This document shows, piece after piece, positions 18,946 to 27,882 of a stretch of DNA of 64,000 bases (position 1 is the first letter of the stretch; each line of letters starts with the position of its first letter). The position numbers were made by a program, and so were the translations under genes. Location: assembly GCA_000998805.1 (NCBI GenBank), contig LCFC01000004.1:2446-66445 (forward strand). Direction: 5' to 3'. The DNA comes from Parcubacteria group bacterium GW2011_GWA2_43_11 (GTDB taxonomy: Bacteria; Patescibacteriota; Minisyncoccia; Phycocordibacterales; UBA12088). The notes under the pieces are model-generated. The model searched no databases. It was not told where the DNA came from and saw nothing but the letters and a program-made list of their open reading frames with translations.

Positions 18946-20232
18946 ATGCAATATTATACATACGTCATAATCGGAGGAGGTATCGCGGGCACGACTGCTG
19001 CGGAAACTATTCGAAAAAACGACCCTGTTGGTTCAATAGCGATAGTTTCGGACGAACCTCACAATTGTTACTCTCGGGTACTACTCTCAAAGCCCAAATG
19101 GGTACTTGGGGAACAGCCATTCGAGAACGTATGGTTGAAAAGTGATGCGTGGTATAGAGAAAACAATATTCACCTATTCAAAGGGATTCGCGCTACCGAG
19201 CTTCAGTCAGGTGCTAAAATAGTGACGCTTTCTGATGGCGATAGTTTGCAGTACAAAAAACTTCTCTTAGCTACGGGAGCACATTCACGGAAATGGGATG
19301 TGAAAGGGTCCGATAAAAAAGGAATATATTATCTTCGTACAGTGGATGATGCTACGGCAATAAGTGAAGTGGCACAGGGTGAGCCAAAGCGGGTAATTAT
19401 GATAGGAAGCGCGTGTGTCTCATTTGAAATTATTGAAATACTGCATTCTCGGGGATTTACCGTCACGGAGGTGATGCGTGAGAGATACTTTTTTGAACCG
19501 CAGCTTAGTCCGGAAGAAGTTGCTCCTATCGAAAAAATGCTTGAAGAGAAAGGTATTGAAATCGTGCGAGAAGTGGAAGTGGCAGAAGTGCTCGGCGACA
19601 CGCAAGTCACAGGTGTTCGTCTCAGTAATGGGCGCGAGATACCATGCGATATTATCCTGCCGTTTATTGGAGTTGAGCTACCTGTCGGGTGGATACAAAA
19701 GGCAGGTGTTGCTACACACAAAGGAATTTATGCCAACCAGTTTCTTGAGACCAATGTTCCTGATGTATGGACAGCAGGAGACACTACTGAGTGTTGGGAC
19801 AGTATGTTAGAAGAAACTGTTATCATGGGTAACTGGATGAGTGCCCGTTTACAGGGTGAAATAGCAGGGAAAAACATGAGCAATGCTACAAAGGAGCCGT
19901 TTGCTCAAGTATCTTTCCACACCAGCCATGGTTTCGGTTTTCAAATAGGGTGGACTGGAGATGTGCGCGCACTTGAAGACCGCATAGTGATACACTACCC
20001 CACACCTCTCGAAAACAGTCATTGTCGAATCATTATTGCGAAAGGAAAAGTGATGGGTGGCACGACTGTCAACAGGCCTGATCTAATGGGTGCAATCACA
20101 AAACTCATCAAAGCAAAAGTAGACATGAGTGATAAGCTTGAAGGACTTAGGGATGGTACTGTAGATATAAAAACACTTGTTGCACCCGTTGTAAGCCCTA
20201 TCTCACAAACTCTTTCTCAACATCAAGAATAA
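18946..20232 (+). CDS. FAD-dependent pyridine nucleotide oxidoreductase (ferredoxin/rubredoxin reductase-like)
   Basis: IIGGGIAG, LLLATGA and TNVPDVWTAGD motifs; NAD(P)H-binding motif divergent (IGSACVSFE). Confidence 0.88.
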   Translation: MQYYTYVIIGGGIAGTTAAETIRKNDPVGSIAIVSDEPHNCYSRVLLSKPKWVLGEQPFENVWLKSDAWYRENNIHLFKGIRATELQSGAKIVTLSDGDSLQYKKLLLATGAHSRKWDVKGSDKKGIYYLRTVDDATAISEVAQGEPKRVIMIGSACVSFEIIEILHSRGFTVTEVMRERYFFEPQLSPEEVAPIEKMLEEKGIEIVREVEVAEVLGDTQVTGVRLSNGREIPCDIILPFIGVELPVGWIQKAGVATHKGIYANQFLETNVPDVWTAGDTTECWDSMLEETVIMGNWMSARLQGEIAGKNMSNATKEPFAQVSFHTSHGFGFQIGWTGDVRALEDRIVIHYPTPLENSHCRIIIAKGKVMGGTTVNRPDLMGAITKLIKAKVDMSDKLEGLRDGTVDIKTLVAPVVSPISQTLSQHQE

Positions 20233-20344
20233 ATGAACGGCGTACTATAAGCGTCGTAGGGCGTGCATATTTGCAAAGTTAATTTTTTGTTGTACTATAA
20301 TTAAAGGAGCTCAAAATTACTAAACCATGAAAGGGGGTGCAAGC

Positions 20345-20626
20345 ATGGAAGATTATGCAACATTGTTTCGGTTCGAGTGGAATAAGTTTATCCCACTTGA
20401 ATCAATACAGGGATTTCCACACGATTTTCGTATTTCACTTTTTAAAATAGGATTTACCCATGGATATCAAGATGATGTTTCGGGTCATTTCTTGGTACGG
20501 AAGACAGTGGGAGGAAAACAGGTATTGCGACACATTGGGGCGGGAGATTGGATACAAGTTCATCCTCGCATCAGGCTTAAAGTGAGAGGAGATTTGAGTG
20601 AGCGAAGTGTTGTTCTCCCATTGTAA
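20345..20626 (+). CDS. Orphan hypothetical protein
   Basis: SD-like AAGGGGG; own promoter-like element; terminator at about 20658-20682. Confidence 0.55.
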   Translation: MEDYATLFRFEWNKFIPLESIQGFPHDFRISLFKIGFTHGYQDDVSGHFLVRKTVGGKQVLRHIGAGDWIQVHPRIRLKVRGDLSERSVVLPL

Positions 20627-20815
20627 ATTAAACCAGCCTTTGTGCTGGTGTTGTTGGAACGACCCATTCCGGTGGGTCGTTTGTTGTTAACGATAGTCTT
20701 TTGAATTCAACGAGAATATTGATTAGTAGAAGAGTAGACAAAAATATATTTCAATGATATTTTCATGCTAGGTTCGTTCCATAGAATTCAGGCAAACCTT
20801 AACAAGGAGAAAAGT

Positions 20816-21151
20816 ATGGACGGGAAATATTCGGAGCTCTTTGGTATATATCACGTAACTAAAATTCTGTTCCAAAAGACTATTGAGAGGATTGGTAAGG
20901 AAAATTTTGATTATGATACCCTTCTGGGTTTTTTGGAACACAACAACTCCAGTGTGCTGGAAGGGACAAGAAGAATTCTTTTGCTTCATTATCCTGAGAA
21001 GCTGAGCCGTAACATGCTGTACAAATTTCGTGATTTCTCAGGAGATTACGACGTTCAAACAATGGCACTCGGTGTTTTGGAGGAAAGGAAAGTTCAGGAA
21101 GACGGTCTTCGTAAAAGAGCCGACAATGTGGTTGCGCTTTTTACCTGCTAA
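20816..21151 (+). CDS. Orphan hypothetical protein
   Basis: SD AAGGAG; terminator at about 21159-21192. Confidence 0.6.
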   Translation: MDGKYSELFGIYHVTKILFQKTIERIGKENFDYDTLLGFLEHNNSSVLEGTRRILLLHYPEKLSRNMLYKFRDFSGDYDVQTMALGVLEERKVQEDGLRKRADNVVALFTC

Positions 21152-21301
21152 GCGGTTCTTTTATCCCCCTGTCTTGCGACTGGGGGATAAAACGTCTATT
21201 GGGAGGAGAATCAATAAGGGTTGACAACTGTCTATATTCATGCTAAACAAGAGTCAGGTACACATTTCGTGTGCTCTTTTAATTCAACATGGAGGTGTGT
21301 G

Positions 21302-21757
21302 ATGGAAAAGGAACGACGTGAGAGAATGGCCCTTTTACTTGCTTACAAAAAAACGCAGCTACATCCCGAACAAATACCTATCCGTGAGCAGAACAGTATT
21401 GCTGGTCAGCTTCATGATGCCGAGGGTAAGCGGTTGTTCCCTGGGAAAAATGGCAAGAAAGAATTCGCCAATTTTTTAGAAAGGTGTAAGGTCGGCAATT
21501 TTCTCGAACGTGATGGAGAAATTGCGGTAGCACTTATTCTTTTTAATCATCGAAAAAAAATGGCATCGATTCGACACGATGAAAAAGAAAAAGAACACTT
21601 CAAGCCACATTTAACCACGGATGAAGTCGTTGAACTCTTCACGGACGAAGAATATGCTCCTCTTGATTTTGACATGACTCAAAAAATTGAGTTTGCAGAA
21701 TTTGTAAATTGGCTGAAGGAGGTCGCATACCATCAGGTTACACGAAGTCATAAGTAA
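21302..21757 (+). CDS. Orphan hypothetical protein
   Basis: SD GGAGGTG; upstream TTGACA at 21221; terminator at about 21857-21885. Confidence 0.6.
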   Translation: MEKERRERMALLLAYKKTQLHPEQIPIREQNSIAGQLHDAEGKRLFPGKNGKKEFANFLERCKVGNFLERDGEIAVALILFNHRKKMASIRHDEKEKEHFKPHLTTDEVVELFTDEEYAPLDFDMTQKIEFAEFVNWLKEVAYHQVTRSHK

Positions 21758-21963
21758 CACGTTTTTAACACGTAACAATCTAAGACTTGGTTGGGACAAG
21801 ACAATCTCCCCTTATTGGCTCGCAACGTAGGGTTGCAACGAGCGTCCACTCTTAGTAAAAGGACCGTATTTATACGGGCCTTTTTGTTTTCATACAAAAT
21901 TTCAGGACTTACTCAAACAGACTGGAGGTTAAAACGTTTCTTGAGAAGAGACGGATTGTGGTT

Positions 21964-22087
21964 TAGGACTTATTCAAACGGATGCAGTTCAAGGAAAACG
22001 AGCAAAATGGAGTGAGCGGTACACGTCGTACCTTGAACGACATTTTGTGAAGTTTGACGCCGAAATGTGCCGTTTAAATAAGTCCTA
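21964..22087. mobile_element. MITE family A copy (124 bp) overlapping the stop codon of the acyl-CoA ligase
   Basis: TAGGACTTATTCAAACGG ... CCGTTTAAATAAGTCCTA; terminal CTA is the TAG stop (22085-22087); extra left-end fragment at about 21903. Confidence 0.85.
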
Positions 22088-24124
22088 CTTCACCATGATA
22101 CGAGCATCAACAATCCGCGCACCTGTAGCGGTGGCAAAGACTGGATTGAAGTCTATTTCCTCAATCTCTTTGTGTTCCAATGAAAGCTTTGAAAGATAAG
22201 CGATAACTTCTGCGAGGGCTTGTAGGTCAACTGGTACACTCCCTCGTGCTCCAGTAAGTAATGGCAGTCCATGTATTTCTTGTATTTGTTTGAGCGCCTC
22301 CTCTACAGTGACGGGAGCTATGCGGATGGAAGAGTCTTTCAGTATTTCTACAAATATTCCTCCTAGTCCAAAGACTATCGTAGGACCAAAGATGGGGTCT
22401 CGCTTCATGCCCACTATACACTCCACACCTTTAATCATCGGCTGTATGAGCATACCGTCGATGATAGCACCTTCTGTGTGTTTTCCGACGTATGTTTCTA
22501 TATCGTCCCATGCATGTAACAGTGCTTCAGCGTTTGCGAGGCGAAGTTTGACAGCTTGCAAATCACTTTTGTGCACCAGTTGCATTGAGATTGCTTTCAT
22601 AGCATAGGGTCCTGTCCCAAGCTTCGTGATAGCTTTCGAAAGTTCTTCTTTATTTTTCACAAATACTCCTTCGAGACTCATGTCGTACTCTCGTAAAATA
22701 GCTTGCATACCCTCAAAGGAAAGCATGGAGAGGTGCGTTGAAAGACGAGGGGTGGGAGGTGTTGAGTCAGGCACTTTCGCCGAATGGCGCGCCAATGCAT
22801 CAAGCGACTCGACTGCGTCTGTTGGAGAATCAAAGCTCACCATACCAGCCTGCTTGAGTATGTCTATGCCCGCTTCTACCGTAGCACCACCCATAAAGAC
22901 TGGGATGATTGGTTTTTTAGCATGTTCTGAAATAAGTACCTCGGCAATTCCTGCAGGATCAGTCATCATCTGTGGAGTCACAAGGGCAATGATGATATCA
23001 ACCTCGGGTATGTCGCTCAAAATGTTAAGTACGTCTTTATACCTACTAGGGCCAGCATCACCTATTACGTCGACAGGGTTACCCACTGCTGCCATAGGAG
23101 GAAGGACGCTTCGAAGTGCTTCTTTGGTTTCATCAGAGAAGGTTACAAGTGAAAGTGAGTTTGAGAGTCCGATAAGGTCTGCGGTGTTTACAGATGGTCC
23201 TCCACCATTTGTAACAATTGCGATTCGTTGTAGCTCTTTTGTCGTGAGTCCGAGCTTCAATAGTTTGGAGAGAGAGAAGAGTGTGCGGAGCGAGTCCACA
23301 GGGATAGCGCCAACTTGTGCAAGCGCAGCCCCAAAGACTTTATCCGAAGGTGCGAGTGAGCCTGTGTGGCTTGCGACCGCAGCAGAGCCTCGTGTGCTTC
23401 TACCTGCTCGCAAGACAACGAGCGGTTTCTTTTTTGCAAGTCGTCGTGCAAGTTCAAGAAAACGTGGTCCATCACTCACTTTTTCAATATAGAGAAGCAC
23501 CGCTTTAGTGTCCTCATCATCTATAAGGTATTCCAAGAACTCAAGCTCAGTGAGAGATGCTTCATTGCCAAGGCTTACAAACTTGGAAAAACCAACGCCT
23601 TCTTTATTTGCCCAGTCTAATAGTGCGGTACCGAGTGCTCCTGATTGTGAGACAAAAGCAGTGCTACCTTTCGAAGGTTTACCAACTGCAAAGGACGCAT
23701 TCCAGTCTGCGTGTGCGTTCATAATACCGAGGCAATTGGGACCGAGGAGTGTGATGTCGTGCTTGTGTGCAATTTCGGCGATACCTTCCTCAAGCTTTTT
23801 ACCTCCTTCTCCCATTTCTTTAAAGCCTGCGGAAATAACAATAGCCGAATGTATACCTTTTTCTGCGCACTCTTCGAGTATTGAAGCAACGATATCAGCG
23901 CGTACCGCGATGACCGCAAGGTCTACGTCTCCGGGGATGATTTTGACTGATGTGTATGCCACATGACCAAACACTTCTGTCTCACTCAAGGTGACAGGGT
24001 ATACTTCTCGCACACTTCCCGCGAGAATGTTTTTCATGAGAGCATAGCCCACCTTTGATTCGTCATTAGTTGCACCGATTACAGCGACCTTGTTTGGGTT
24101 GAAAAGGGTATGTAAATTTATCAT
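22085..24124 (-). CDS. Acetate/acyl-CoA ligase (ADP-forming), fused alpha-beta
   Basis: VAVIGA CoA-binding domain, GPNCLG, SQSGALG, ASHTGSLA phospho-His, HKSD and EIDFNP ATP-grasp motifs. Confidence 0.93.
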   Translation of the reverse strand: MINLHTLFNPNKVAVIGATNDESKVGYALMKNILAGSVREVYPVTLSETEVFGHVAYTSVKIIPGDVDLAVIAVRADIVASILEECAEKGIHSAIVISAGFKEMGEGGKKLEEGIAEIAHKHDITLLGPNCLGIMNAHADWNASFAVGKPSKGSTAFVSQSGALGTALLDWANKEGVGFSKFVSLGNEASLTELEFLEYLIDDEDTKAVLLYIEKVSDGPRFLELARRLAKKKPLVVLRAGRSTRGSAAVASHTGSLAPSDKVFGAALAQVGAIPVDSLRTLFSLSKLLKLGLTTKELQRIAIVTNGGGPSVNTADLIGLSNSLSLVTFSDETKEALRSVLPPMAAVGNPVDVIGDAGPSRYKDVLNILSDIPEVDIIIALVTPQMMTDPAGIAEVLISEHAKKPIIPVFMGGATVEAGIDILKQAGMVSFDSPTDAVESLDALARHSAKVPDSTPPTPRLSTHLSMLSFEGMQAILREYDMSLEGVFVKNKEELSKAITKLGTGPYAMKAISMQLVHKSDLQAVKLRLANAEALLHAWDDIETYVGKHTEGAIIDGMLIQPMIKGVECIVGMKRDPIFGPTIVFGLGGIFVEILKDSSIRIAPVTVEEALKQIQEIHGLPLLTGARGSVPVDLQALAEVIAYLSKLSLEHKEIEEIDFNPVFATATGARIVDARIMVK

Positions 24125-24216
24125 CTCTATATTCTACAGGCAGTTGTATAGATGGCTCAAATTTTATATGTGAGCGTAATACTCTTGTAAGATTTTTGGC
24201 AGGGGTGAAGTGTACA

Positions 24217-24517
24217 TAAGGACTTACGCAAACACGGATGCGACCTAATTTTCAAGGAGCGCAGCGACTATGAAAATGAAAATGCCCTTGTGGTACAGCT
24301 CGACTTGTCCGCCGTAGCTTTTGCAGAGGTGGAAGCAAGTTTTTTTAGAAACTACGCCCCCATACTGAAGTCGTGCACGTTCCCGTATTACGTCAGGACT
24401 TACGCAAACGGATGAAGTTCAAGGCACCCAAGCAAAATAGAGCGAGTTGTATGAACAATACTACGAGAGATATTTTGTGCTGGGCAACGATGAAATACGC
24501 TGTTTGTGTATGTCCTA
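24217..24517. mobile_element. Tandem MITE family A copies; right copy (24394-24517) overlaps the OFOR beta stop
   Basis: AGGACTTACGCAAAC at about 24219 and 24395; end TGTGTATGTCCTA; nested CTTGTCCGCCGTAGC module at 24304. Confidence 0.8.
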
Positions 24518-25294
24518 AACTAACTCCTCAAAGGTTGGTTTAAAGGTCTGGTAGATAATACCGCAAGGAACCTTGTCAGCAGTTTTCATGCGCGCGACCT
24601 TAAATGCACAGTCGAGGTTGCCTTTCTTATGTTTTTCATCAAGCCAGTAGACTCGTTCTTTATAGTATTCACGGGTATCAAAGAAGGTGATGCAGGGCTG
24701 AATAATCTCTACAAACGCAAAACCTTTATGAAGCATAGCTTCTTTCATGATTTCTTTTGTTCTCTTGATGTCAGATGCAAAGGTGCGTGCTATAAACGTC
24801 GCTCCCATAGCAAGCATGATGAGTGCGGGATTGATGGGTTCGTTGATAGAGCCCTCAGGCATGGTGCCACCTTTAAATCCCTTGGGGCTTGTCGCTGTCG
24901 CTTGTCCCGTCGTAAGAGCAAATACTTGGTTGTTGTGGAGGAAGATAGAAATGTCGCTGTTGCTACGCGCAGCATGCGTGATATGACTAAATCCCTCTGA
25001 AAAAGAATCACCATCTCCCGAAAAGCCGACAACCGTGAGCTTGGGGTTTGCGAGCTTGATACCTGTGAGTGATGGAACGATTCGTCCATGAAGGGAATTG
25101 AATGTGTTGATCTCAAGATAGTCACTTATTTTGCCATGACAGCCAACTCCTGCTCCCGCAACGATGTTGTGGATCTCTATCGAGCCCGCAGAGACAAATT
25201 CCTCGACAGCCTGACGAAATGCAACCAGTATTTGGCTGTTTGGGCACCCGGCGCACCAGGTAATTTTTATGTCTGTGGTAAGGTCAAGAGCCAT
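24515..25294 (-). CDS. 2-oxoacid:ferredoxin oxidoreductase beta subunit
   Basis: TWCAGC, GVGC, TPP motif GDGD...NN, QPC. Confidence 0.93.
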   Translation of the reverse strand: MALDLTTDIKITWCAGCPNSQILVAFRQAVEEFVSAGSIEIHNIVAGAGVGCHGKISDYLEINTFNSLHGRIVPSLTGIKLANPKLTVVGFSGDGDSFSEGFSHITHAARSNSDISIFLHNNQVFALTTGQATATSPKGFKGGTMPEGSINEPINPALIMLAMGATFIARTFASDIKRTKEIMKEAMLHKGFAFVEIIQPCITFFDTREYYKERVYWLDEKHKKGNLDCAFKVARMKTADKVPCGIIYQTFKPTFEELV

Positions 25295-25299
25295 AATAT

Positions 25300-27021
25300 T
25301 TATATAAACTTATTTATTTCCTCTGCGAGTTGAGTAGGGGTAAATGGTTGTGCGTCGTACTTGAGTACTTTGTTGTGAATTTCAATACTCGTTTTTTCAC
25401 GTATGAGTGCCGCGAGCTGTGCGGTGTGGTTGGCTTCCACATCTATTATTACTCGCGCGCCACTAAGCTCAGCTTTGATACGATCTGCATCAAACGGCTC
25501 CATCCAGAGTACTTGCACGAGCTTGGCAGGAGATTTTAGCTGCTTACGTGCTTCAAGCATAGCACCTTTTGTTGAGCCCCAGAAGACTATCACTACATCG
25601 CTCCATTCATCCCCGTATGTCTTTACCGTCGGGAACCATGCGAAATCTTGGTACAGCCCATTAAGCTTACGAAAACGTTTATCTTGCATTGTTTGTACAT
25701 CGGCCTTGTCTTCAACAGCCTCACCCTCTTCGTTGTGTTCATAGCTTGTTGCTTTTACTACCACGTTTGCCTTACCAGGGAATGCAAGAGGAGATATTCC
25801 ATCTTCAGTTATCTTGTATCGTACATAGTGTGAGCCGACAGGGACAGCACGCTTACCAAAGTCAGGTCCTTTGCTCTTGGTATCGAGCGTCACTGATTTG
25901 TAACTCTCAGAAAGATGTTTGTCAGAGAGTATAACAGCAGGGAGTTGGTACTTCCACGCAAGATTGAGTGCATCAGCTGCACACTCGAAACATTCCTCCA
26001 CGTCTCCTGGAGCTATCACTAATCGAGGAAACTCTCCATGTCCTGCGTGTAAGATAAACTGCAAGTCCCCTTGGCTTGTGTGGGTCGCTACTCCTGTAGC
26101 AGGCCCCATACGCATAGCAACCATGATAGCGATAGGGATTTCGGAAACGCCAGCGAGTGAGAAGGTCTCTTGCATGAGTGCGAATCCACCGTTTGCGGTA
26201 CCCACTGCTGTACGCTTACCCGCATAGCTCATGCCGAGTGCCATATTGAGTACGGCTATTTCATCTTCCGGGTGTACCACTTTAAGACCTGTTTTCTTTG
26301 CCATTTTTGCTAGAAACTGAAGTGTGGAGGTAGAAGGAGTCATAGGGTAGCCAACGTACGCTTCAAGTCCGGCAGCCAAGAAACCTTTTGCTATGGCTTT
26401 GTTACCATCCATTACTTCACCAATCTCGCCGTGTTCGGTAGGGATGTCGCACACATCTTGAGGGACACCAAGCTTTTTGACATGGTTGTATCCTTTCTCC
26501 ACAAGCGCAACATTCATTTCTGAGCCAACGTTTGCGTACACCTTGTCTGCGAGCATCTTGAGCTGATTCAAAGGGATACCAAGCGTGTACCCGTATGCAC
26601 CAAAGGCACTTGAAGTACGTGCTACTTGAGGTGCTTTTAATTCCTCAGCTATTTTTTTCATGGGGAGAGGAATGAGGTCGATTCCAAGGTCCTTAACTTC
26701 AGAAAGGTATGCCTCTTCCACAAATACACGAGCACCTTCTTTAAGTGAGTGTTGATGCACGAGTACCGACTCTGCATTGACAGCTACCAACACATCAAGC
26801 TCTTTGTAGTCTGCATATACGGGCTCAATGCTGTAGCTTATGCGGGCAAAGTTGTGACCTCCTCGTATGAGAGAAGGGTAATCAAATGAGGAGAATGTTT
26901 TGTAGCCAAGCTCGTTTAGGAGTTCTGAAAAGTTGATGCCTGCCTCGCGGGCACCATCACCTGCAGCACCGCCGATAGCTATTGTTTTTATACCGTTAGA
27001 GGTTGTATTTGAATCAGTCAT
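25300..27021 (-). CDS. 2-oxoacid:ferredoxin oxidoreductase alpha subunit (gamma-alpha fusion)
   Basis: IGGAAGDG, YPSLIRGGHN, YPMTPST, EDEIA, RMGPATGVAT, GHGEFPR. Confidence 0.93.
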   Translation of the reverse strand: MTDSNTTSNGIKTIAIGGAAGDGAREAGINFSELLNELGYKTFSSFDYPSLIRGGHNFARISYSIEPVYADYKELDVLVAVNAESVLVHQHSLKEGARVFVEEAYLSEVKDLGIDLIPLPMKKIAEELKAPQVARTSSAFGAYGYTLGIPLNQLKMLADKVYANVGSEMNVALVEKGYNHVKKLGVPQDVCDIPTEHGEIGEVMDGNKAIAKGFLAAGLEAYVGYPMTPSTSTLQFLAKMAKKTGLKVVHPEDEIAVLNMALGMSYAGKRTAVGTANGGFALMQETFSLAGVSEIPIAIMVAMRMGPATGVATHTSQGDLQFILHAGHGEFPRLVIAPGDVEECFECAADALNLAWKYQLPAVILSDKHLSESYKSVTLDTKSKGPDFGKRAVPVGSHYVRYKITEDGISPLAFPGKANVVVKATSYEHNEEGEAVEDKADVQTMQDKRFRKLNGLYQDFAWFPTVKTYGDEWSDVVIVFWGSTKGAMLEARKQLKSPAKLVQVLWMEPFDADRIKAELSGARVIIDVEANHTAQLAALIREKTSIEIHNKVLKYDAQPFTPTQLAEEINKFI

Positions 27022-27147
27022 GTATCAAAAAATAAACGAGCTTTCAGTTTCGATATGCTACCGTCAACGTGTAACGATACCAGCGTTCAATGTGTTGAGT
27101 ATACCTTGCTTGAAGTGTAGTGCACAGTAAAGCTATCCACTTTTAAA

Positions 27148-27190
27148 AAAGTTAAAAGTTAAATGTTGAAAGTTATAAAATTGAAAGCTA
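27148..27190. repeat. Heptamer array
   Basis: First 28 bp identical to 10520-10547. Confidence 0.65.
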
Positions 27191-27356
27191 CTCTATTTTC
27201 GTAACTCGCAAACTCGTCAATCAATTAGACTTTTTGAAATATAGGAGTATAAAGTTATAAACACGAGCAAATTTACTGGAGGTATAGTTTGCTATTATAC
27301 GTGTAGGTAGTCATTTTGTTTTTGTAAAGATAAAAATCTGGTAACGGAGGTGCTAG

Positions 27357-27734
27357 ATGAATACTGTTCTTTTTATTCTTACAAAGTGTAAAAATGGCAA
27401 GGAACAGATAAGTATTTATAGCGTTCCTCTGGAAAAATATGTGCCTGTAGCACAGTACGCGTATTTAGAAGAGGGTCGTTCTGTTCCTATACAAGGACAT
27501 GCCGTGGCCTTTGATGGAGAAGGGTTACGAGGTATTTTCAGTATCACTGCTGTTTATCAGGGGAGTGGTCATGTAATTCTCCCTGAACTAGGGAGCAAAA
27601 AAACATTTGGTGAGTTGGATGACATTGTTAACTGGTACCGTGTATACATTGTCTACGAACCTGAATTTGAAGAAAAAGTTCCTTTGGATGCAATTCCGGT
27701 TATGCATCCCGTGCTACAGATGTCGTTTGACTAA
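27357..27734 (+). CDS. Orphan hypothetical protein
   Basis: SD GGAGGTG; followed by REP-like hairpin 27755-27783. Confidence 0.6.
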   Translation: MNTVLFILTKCKNGKEQISIYSVPLEKYVPVAQYAYLEEGRSVPIQGHAVAFDGEGLRGIFSITAVYQGSGHVILPELGSKKTFGELDDIVNWYRVYIVYEPEFEEKVPLDAIPVMHPVLQMSFD

Positions 27735-27882
27735 AGACGCAAGAGAAAAGAAATAGCCCATACATTGCAAGGTGTATGGGCTAAACTGCGTTATTTTTTA
27801 TTTGCATTAACTGTTTGATGAGAGTGAGACAAAACGCAGTGTTTAATAGTATACTTATAATAATTATTATTTATATATAACT

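Noticed and set aside
22227-23966. Long antisense ORFs over the acyl-CoA ligase (and similar shadows over other genes)
   Set aside because: Opposite-strand shadows of well-supported genes, with no recognisable motifs.
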